DNA of 64,000 nucleotides from an uncultured delta proteobacterium (lineage in GTDB: Bacteria > Desulfobacterota > Binatia > Binatales > Binataceae), in assembly GCA_963711565.1 (NCBI GenBank), contig CAVQEQ010000001.1:992001-1056000 (forward strand), read 5' to 3'. The notes below the pieces were generated by a model. It ran no database searches. It was not told the origin of the DNA and saw nothing but the letters and a program-made list of their open reading frames with translations. Every line of letters begins with the position of its first letter. Positions within the stretch are counted from its first letter, which is position 1. Of this stretch, positions 58,661 to 64,000 are shown one piece after another. The position numbers and the translations under genes are program-made.

Positions 58661-59089
58661 ATGTACTTTGTTCGCGCCTTCATACTCTCCCTTCACATCT
58701 TCGGCGTGATCTTTTGGATGGGCGGACTTTTGATGATCACCAGCCTGCTCGCGCGCGTGCCCGAAGAAGTCGGACTGCCCAAGGAACGCTTTCTCGGCGC
58801 GGCGCGCGGTTTGTTTGAGTCCACGGTCAACCTCGGCGCCGCAGTCAGCATCATCCTTGGGCTGGTGCTGATTCTGATGGATCCGTCGGTGCTGCGGCAG
58901 GGATGGCTCCACGCGAAGCTGCTGCTGGTGGCGATCCTGCTTTTTTATCACGTGCGCTTTTATCGCCGGATCAAGTTCCTCGAGAACAATCCGAGCCAGT
59001 CATCGAGCCGCGAGTTTCGCGTCATCCACGGGATGGTGAGCGCGCTGTTGATCGCGATCCTGTTGCTCGCCGTGATGAAACCCTTCTAG
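58661..59089 (+). CDS. hemJ: HemJ/CopD-family membrane protein (protoporphyrinogen oxidase-like)
   Basis: LHIFGVIFWMGGL, WLHAKLLLV, VMKPF. Confidence 0.72.
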   Translation: MYFVRAFILSLHIFGVIFWMGGLLMITSLLARVPEEVGLPKERFLGAARGLFESTVNLGAAVSIILGLVLILMDPSVLRQGWLHAKLLLVAILLFYHVRFYRRIKFLENNPSQSSSREFRVIHGMVSALLIAILLLAVMKPF

Positions 59090-59116
59090 CAGTGCGCGTC
59101 TCCGATCCTATCTCCC

Positions 59117-59669
59117 TTCCGGTTCCCTCGCCCGTTATCGGGAGAGGGTTAGGGTGAGGGACCTTTGTGCGGCGCGATTGTCTGGTGCGCCGCACGTCTT
59201 ACATTCTTCGCTTTCTAGTTTTCCGCCATCCTTCGAGAGCGTCGGCAATCCGCTGGAGAACCTCGTCGATCTCGGAAATCACTTCGTTGTTCCAGAACCT
59301 CAGAACCCTGTAGCCGGCGTCGCGGATAAATTGGGTCCGGCGCTCGTCCTCGTCCGATTGATCAGCGTGTTGAGATCCATCGACCTCGACTACGAGTTCG
59401 GCCTCCTAACAAAAGAAGTCCGCAAAAAACGGCCCGATTGGATATTGCCGACGGAACTTGAATCCCTCGAGCTCTGAGTTGCGCAAGCGCGACCATAACA
59501 TGCGTTCCGCTTCCGTCTGATCGCGTCTAAGGCGGCGAGCGACATCTCGAGTAAGAGCTGGTTTCGAGGTCATTGCGGTGGCCTTAAGATTTGCGGCGCG
59601 TAAGAGAATCGCACCGCAAATGGTCCCTCACCCTAACCCTCTCCCGATAACGGGAGAGGGAACTCGGAA
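59117..59669. mobile_element. Inverted-repeat-bounded DUF559 cassette
   Basis: 42-bp core arms 59122-59163 and 59622-59663 are reverse complements with one mismatch. Confidence 0.7.
59199..59573 (-). pseudogene. DUF559 (Vsr-like) endonuclease with an internal TAG
   Basis: Manual translation: [51 protein letters not shown]...GYRVLRFWN; TAG at 59406-59408. Confidence 0.85.
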
Positions 59670-59698
59670 CGAGGGCGGCAGCATTTTGACACCCTCTG

Positions 59699-60475
59699 CT
59701 AAAAGTGATCTTTGAGTTCGCGGGTCCTGGCGAAAATCGCGATCGGATCGTCGGCCACCGACGGATCGCGATCTTTCAGATTCGCGCGCAGCTCGGGACT
59801 GTCGGTGCGCAGAAACGGATTGGTCTGCTTCTCGTCGCCGATCGTTGACGGCACCGTGAACTTGTTCTCCGCGCGTGTCTTGACGCTCCAATCGTGCTTC
59901 TTCTTTAGCGCGGCGTTCCCCGGCTCGAGCGTCAGCGCGAAGCGCAGGTTTTTCTCCGTGTACTCGTGACCGCAATAGACCTGGGTCGAGTCGGGCAAGG
60001 ACGCGAGTTTCTTCAGCGACGCGACCATCGTCGCGGCTTTGCCCTCGAACACGCGGCCGCATCCGCCGACGAACATCGTGTCGCCCGTGAAAACCGCGCC
60101 CAGCGTCGGAAAATAGTAGGCGACGTGCCCGTTGGTATGCGCCGGGATTCCAATCACCCGCCCTTCGAGCGCGCCGATTCGAAGGTTGTCGCCGTCCGCC
60201 ACCGGATTCGTCAGCGCCGGAATCTTTCCGCCTTCCGCACTCGCGCCGTAAATTTTAATTCCCGACACCTTCGCCGCGATGTCGCCGTTGCCGCCGGAAT
60301 GATCGCCGTGCCAGTGCGTCGTCAGCACCGCAACGACTTTTGCGCCGTGCGACTTTGCCGCCGCGATCACCTTGTCAGCCTCGGCGCAGTCAACCACCGC
60401 GCATTGCTTACTGCCGTCGTCGATCACCAGGTACGCGTAGTTGTCCGATAGCTGCGGGACAGTGACTATTGCCAT
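59699..60475 (-). CDS. gloB: Hydroxyacylglutathione hydrolase (glyoxalase II)
   Basis: DNYAYL, THWHGDHSGG, FTGDT, CGHEYT, EKQTNPF. Confidence 0.92.
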   Translation of the reverse strand: MAIVTVPQLSDNYAYLVIDDGSKQCAVVDCAEADKVIAAAKSHGAKVVAVLTTHWHGDHSGGNGDIAAKVSGIKIYGASAEGGKIPALTNPVADGDNLRIGALEGRVIGIPAHTNGHVAYYFPTLGAVFTGDTMFVGGCGRVFEGKAATMVASLKKLASLPDSTQVYCGHEYTEKNLRFALTLEPGNAALKKKHDWSVKTRAENKFTVPSTIGDEKQTNPFLRTDSPELRANLKDRDPSVADDPIAIFARTRELKDHF

Positions 60476-60492
60476 CGCGATACTCCTTGCCA

Positions 60493-61266
60493 CTAGACGC
60501 CGACGATATTGTAGCCCACGTCCACGTATAGCGTCTGTCCCGTGACGCCGCTCGAAAAATCGCTCAGCACCGCGGCTGCCATCTTACCGACTTCTTCGAC
60601 TTTCATCGCACGACGCATGGGCGAACGCGCTTCGACCTCATGCTGCATTGAATGGAAGTTTCGAATCGCCGACGACGACAGCGTCCGCGCAGGGCCTGCG
60701 CTGAGCGCGTTGACGCGAATATTTTTGGCGCCGAGGTCCACCGACAGGTAGCGCACGCAGGCTTCCAGAGCCGCCTTCGCGACACCCATCATGTTGTAAT
60801 TGGGAATCGCGCGGACCGCGCCGAGGTAGCTGAGCGTCAGAATCGATCCGCCGCCGCGCGCTTCCATCAGCGGTTCCGCGGCGCGCGCAAGTGCGACCAG
60901 CGAGTAGGCGCTGATCTCGAGCGACTTCTTGAAATTCTCGCGCGTCACCGTCAGGAATCGATCGCGCAAATCCTCGCGCTCCGCAAATGCGACCGCATGC
61001 ACGAGCAGGTCGAGCCCGTCCCACTTTTTCTTGAGCGCCGCGAACACCGACGCGATTTGTGCGTCGTCGTTGACGTCGAGCTCGCCGATCACGTCTGCCT
61101 CGATCTGCGCGGCCAACGGACGTACGCGCTTCTCCAGTATCTCGCCCTGGTAGGTCATCGCGATCTCGGCGCCTTCCGCGGCCAGCGTCTGCGCTATCGA
61201 CCACGCCAGGCTCTTGTCGTTCGCGACGCCGACGACCAACGCTCGCTTGCCTTGTACTATGCCCAT
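60493..61266 (-). CDS. fabI: Enoyl-ACP reductase
   Basis: GVANDKSLAW, ISAYSL, YNMMGVAKAALE. Confidence 0.95.
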   Translation of the reverse strand: MGIVQGKRALVVGVANDKSLAWSIAQTLAAEGAEIAMTYQGEILEKRVRPLAAQIEADVIGELDVNDDAQIASVFAALKKKWDGLDLLVHAVAFAEREDLRDRFLTVTRENFKKSLEISAYSLVALARAAEPLMEARGGGSILTLSYLGAVRAIPNYNMMGVAKAALEACVRYLSVDLGAKNIRVNALSAGPARTLSSSAIRNFHSMQHEVEARSPMRRAMKVEEVGKMAAAVLSDFSSGVTGQTLYVDVGYNIVGV

Positions 61267-61299
61267 GGGAGGTGTCCTTGTCTGAGAAGGTGCGCGGGC

Positions 61300-62073
61300 T
61301 CAGAGCTTAATCTTCATGCCGTCATAGCCCATTTCAAGCGCGATCTCATCCTCGCGACTCAGCACTTCGCGGCCAAGATGCGTCAGCACCATCCGCCGCA
61401 CGTTGAACTTGTCGCGATTTTTCGCCAGCAACGGATAGTTGAGATGAAAATTCAAATGCGCGCTCTCGTAGTACGTACATTCGCACAGGAACAGGTCGGC
61501 GCCGTCGGTAAAGTCCACCAGTTCATCATTCCACCCGCTGTCGCCCGAGAAAACTATCGACTTGCCGCCGCCATCGATTCTCAGCGACAGCGAAATGTCC
61601 GGCTTGGTATGCGGACTGCGAATCGCACTCACCTTGAACTTGCCCAGCCGCTGCGAGCTCTCCGGCTCAAGCACCACGAACTTCAGCTTGTGCTTGATCT
61701 TGTCGAGCTCGAAATGCGGGAACATCGTGCGCATCAGCGACCACGTCCGCTCCTCGAGCCTGGCCGGCCCCGCGATGGTCAGCATCTTTTTGCGGCGCGT
61801 CTCCCACATGTAGTCGAGGATCAGAAACGGCAAGCCGCCGAAATGGTCGCCGTGCAGATGACTGATCAGTAGCAAATCGAAGCTGTCGGTCGAGACGCCG
61901 CTGCCCTTCAGCGCCTGCATCAGCCCGGGCCCGGCTTCCATCAGGATGCGGCCGCCGGGTGCGTCGATCAGGTAGCCGGATTGCGAACGGCCAAAACTCG
62001 CGAACGCGTCTCCGGTGCCCATCAGAGTCACGGTCACCGGCGCACCGTTCGATGCCGTAGGATTCTGATTCAT
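61300..62073 (-). CDS. MBL-fold metallo-hydrolase (RNase Z/BN-like)
   Basis: MGTGD, SHLHGDH, FSGD, LTHL. Confidence 0.88.
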   Translation of the reverse strand: MNQNPTASNGAPVTVTLMGTGDAFASFGRSQSGYLIDAPGGRILMEAGPGLMQALKGSGVSTDSFDLLLISHLHGDHFGGLPFLILDYMWETRRKKMLTIAGPARLEERTWSLMRTMFPHFELDKIKHKLKFVVLEPESSQRLGKFKVSAIRSPHTKPDISLSLRIDGGGKSIVFSGDSGWNDELVDFTDGADLFLCECTYYESAHLNFHLNYPLLAKNRDKFNVRRMVLTHLGREVLSREDEIALEMGYDGMKIKL

Positions 62074-62130
62074 TGAGGCGGCCTATGCTATTATCATCGG
62101 CCGAAGCGCGCAAACATGGGAGCGCGGGCG

Positions 62131-63078
62131 ATGAAACAGGTTAAGATCGGTGTGGGATTCGGACTTTGGCGCCTTGGCATGCCGCCAGCGGAGACGATCG
62201 CGCGCGTCGCGGAACACGCCGAGGACTGGGGCCTCGATTCGTTCTGGCTCTCCGATCACCTGCTCGCACCCTCGCCGGAACTCAACGTCGTCGCGACGCT
62301 GTCGCTCCTCGCCTCGCGCACCTCGCGCATGAAACTCGGGCCGAGCGTGCTGCTGCTCAACCTGCGCCACCCGCTGATGGTTGCGAAATCGTTCGCCTCG
62401 CTCGACTACCTGTCCGGCGGCCGGATGGTGATGGCGGTCGGCACCGGCGCCAATCTCGCCGACTATGCCGCGTGCGGAATTCCAGTCGAGAGCCGCGGCA
62501 AGCGCCTCGACGAGGGCATCGAGGTGCTGCGCACGGTATGGCGCGAGCGCGGCGCGAGCTACCACGGGCGCTTCTTCAACTTCGACAACGTCACAATCGA
62601 GCCGCGCCCAGTCGCGCGCACCAACAACGATTTCGGCACGATGGATATCTGGGTCGGCGGCCGATCCGACGCGGCGCTGAAACGCGCGGCGCGAATGGCC
62701 GACGGCTTCTTCGCGTCGTTCCAGACGCCCGACGAGTTCGGCGCGAGCATGGCAAAGATTCGCGACTACGCCGCCGGCTACGGACGCGCCAACGCGCACA
62801 TCGAATCGGGACTAATCCTGCTGTGCCGCATATCGTCGTCGCGCGAGCGCGCACTCGAGGAGATGCGGCCGATGCTGACGGCGATGGGCCGCGGCGCGGA
62901 GGCCTACCTCGAACGAACCGTGTACGGCTCACCCGATGACGTGATCGCGCGCCTCAGCGAATACGTTGCGCAGGGTCTCGACAAGTTTGTACTGTGGCCA
63001 ATCGCGGAACCCGATGCGTGGCCGAAGCAAATCGAACTGGTCGGCCGCGAAATTGCCTCGCACTACGCAGCCGCCTGA
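62131..63078 (+). CDS. LLM-class flavin-dependent oxidoreductase
   Basis: WLSDH, LRHPLMVAKSFASLDYLSGGR, IWVGG. Confidence 0.9.
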   Translation: MKQVKIGVGFGLWRLGMPPAETIARVAEHAEDWGLDSFWLSDHLLAPSPELNVVATLSLLASRTSRMKLGPSVLLLNLRHPLMVAKSFASLDYLSGGRMVMAVGTGANLADYAACGIPVESRGKRLDEGIEVLRTVWRERGASYHGRFFNFDNVTIEPRPVARTNNDFGTMDIWVGGRSDAALKRAARMADGFFASFQTPDEFGASMAKIRDYAAGYGRANAHIESGLILLCRISSSRERALEEMRPMLTAMGRGAEAYLERTVYGSPDDVIARLSEYVAQGLDKFVLWPIAEPDAWPKQIELVGREIASHYAAA

Positions 63079-63652
63079 AAAATTCACGCGAACCGCGGCC
63101 GTCGTCGCGTTCGCATTCGTTGTCGCGACGCTTGCGGGATGCGCAAAATCGCCGCCGGTCGCGGCTCCACCCAGCATCTATGCCAGCGCCGAAGACGTCG
63201 AGCTCAACTTCCGCGACCGCACTTTCGTGCTCGGCGACAACAATCAAATCGCCGAAGTGCGCCCGCTCGATTGGCGCCAGGACAGGTTCCTCAAGCTGCC
63301 GTTCTGGTTCGGCGTCAACATTCTCGTGCCGGGAGTGATGGCGCCGAAGGAAGGCGAATTCTACGTCATCAGCGAGGCGACTCTGGAAAAGCCGCTCGAC
63401 ACGCCCGGCGAATGGATGATCGAAGCGGGCAGCTCGCTGGTGAAGCAGGAGACCGTGTTCATCACGACGCGCACGCAATATCTGGCGCCCGGAAAAATTC
63501 TGCCGACCGTCGTTCAGTACATGGGCAAGCGCGAATTCAAACGCGCTGACGGCAAGGTCGTGCAGATTCCCGTGCTGCGCGAGGTCTCGTTGCCGATGAA
63601 GTGGACGCTCGGCGGCAGAATCCCGGCAAGCTACGCGAGATACCGGACATGA
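63053..63652 (+). CDS. Hypothetical lipoprotein
   Basis: LAGC lipobox; TTG start assumed. Confidence 0.65.
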   Translation: MPRTTQPPEKFTRTAAVVAFAFVVATLAGCAKSPPVAAPPSIYASAEDVELNFRDRTFVLGDNNQIAEVRPLDWRQDRFLKLPFWFGVNILVPGVMAPKEGEFYVISEATLEKPLDTPGEWMIEAGSSLVKQETVFITTRTQYLAPGKILPTVVQYMGKREFKRADGKVVQIPVLREVSLPMKWTLGGRIPASYARYRT

Positions 63653-64000
63653 TTCGGCGCGGCAACACGATCGTCATCGCGATTGCGATTATGCTGATCT
63701 CGTTCGTCGCCGGATGCACGCCGGATAAGGCGCTCGACTTCGGACCCACAGGCGAAATTTCCACGCCGCCCGAGGATCAGTTGAGCCGCGACATCATGCG
63801 CGATTTCGCCGGGCGCGATTTCATCCTCGCCAACAACGATCACGAAGCGCACGTCAGCCTCACTGACTGGAAGCCCGGCCGCCGCATCGTCATGCCGTAC
63901 TGGCTCGGCGTGAATCCGCTCTACCCCGGATTTTTGCGCCCCACCGTCGGACATCTATATGTGATAAGCCAATCGACACTGGTCCGCCCGCTGCCGAACA
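63649..64000 (+). CDS. Hypothetical lipoprotein, tandem paralog of the previous gene (partial)
   Basis: ATGA overlap; MIRRGNTIVIAIAIMLISFVAGC; DFILANN..DW..MPYWLGVN..YVISQSTL aligns with the upstream protein. Confidence 0.7.
   Translation, partial: MIRRGNTIVIAIAIMLISFVAGCTPDKALDFGPTGEISTPPEDQLSRDIMRDFAGRDFILANNDHEAHVSLTDWKPGRRIVMPYWLGVNPLYPGFLRPTVGHLYVISQSTLVRPLPN

Noticed and set aside
59406-59408. In-frame TAG as possible pyrrolysine or recoding site
   Set aside because: TAG terminates many normal genes in this window and no pyl genes are seen; a nonsense mutation or sequencing error is simpler
1-64000. CRISPR array, tRNA, rRNA, integrase or IS transposase
   Set aside because: No regularly spaced repeats or recognisable signatures found by eye; the palindromic repeats are dispersed

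Overview
High-GC bacterial chromosomal window, densely coding, with no rRNA, tRNA or CRISPR array recognised. Gene content and one small secreted-protein family recall Ca. Binatota-like soil bacteria, but that is an inference. Housekeeping genes include a DEAD-box helicase, a gnd-zwf-fbp-glk-fbaB operon, pyrD, thyX, rdgB, ddl, guaB, ftsB, hemJ, gloB and fabI, plus many CoA/lipid and flavin enzymes. The most unusual features are: (1) a vWA / Zn-ribbon-FHA / Ser-Thr kinase-FHA / pseudokinase-PP2C / receptor kinase / membrane-FHA signalling cluster (7.6-17.1 kb); (2) several families of REP-like palindromes, including a DUF559 nuclease gene enclosed by inverted copies of one family, a ~230-bp element with compensatory hairpin changes, and one repeat inserted in frame in rdgB; (3) a leader ORF plus terminator immediately upstream of guaB; (4) an unannotated 34-aa Lys-rich protein whose 5' and 3' UTRs can pair; (5) an RHS remnant with a putative immunity gene between 125-bp direct repeats; (6) a lower-GC Dcm / GIY-YIG / Vsr islet whose methylase is frameshifted in a C7 tract. 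Several single-base frameshifts could be assembly errors.
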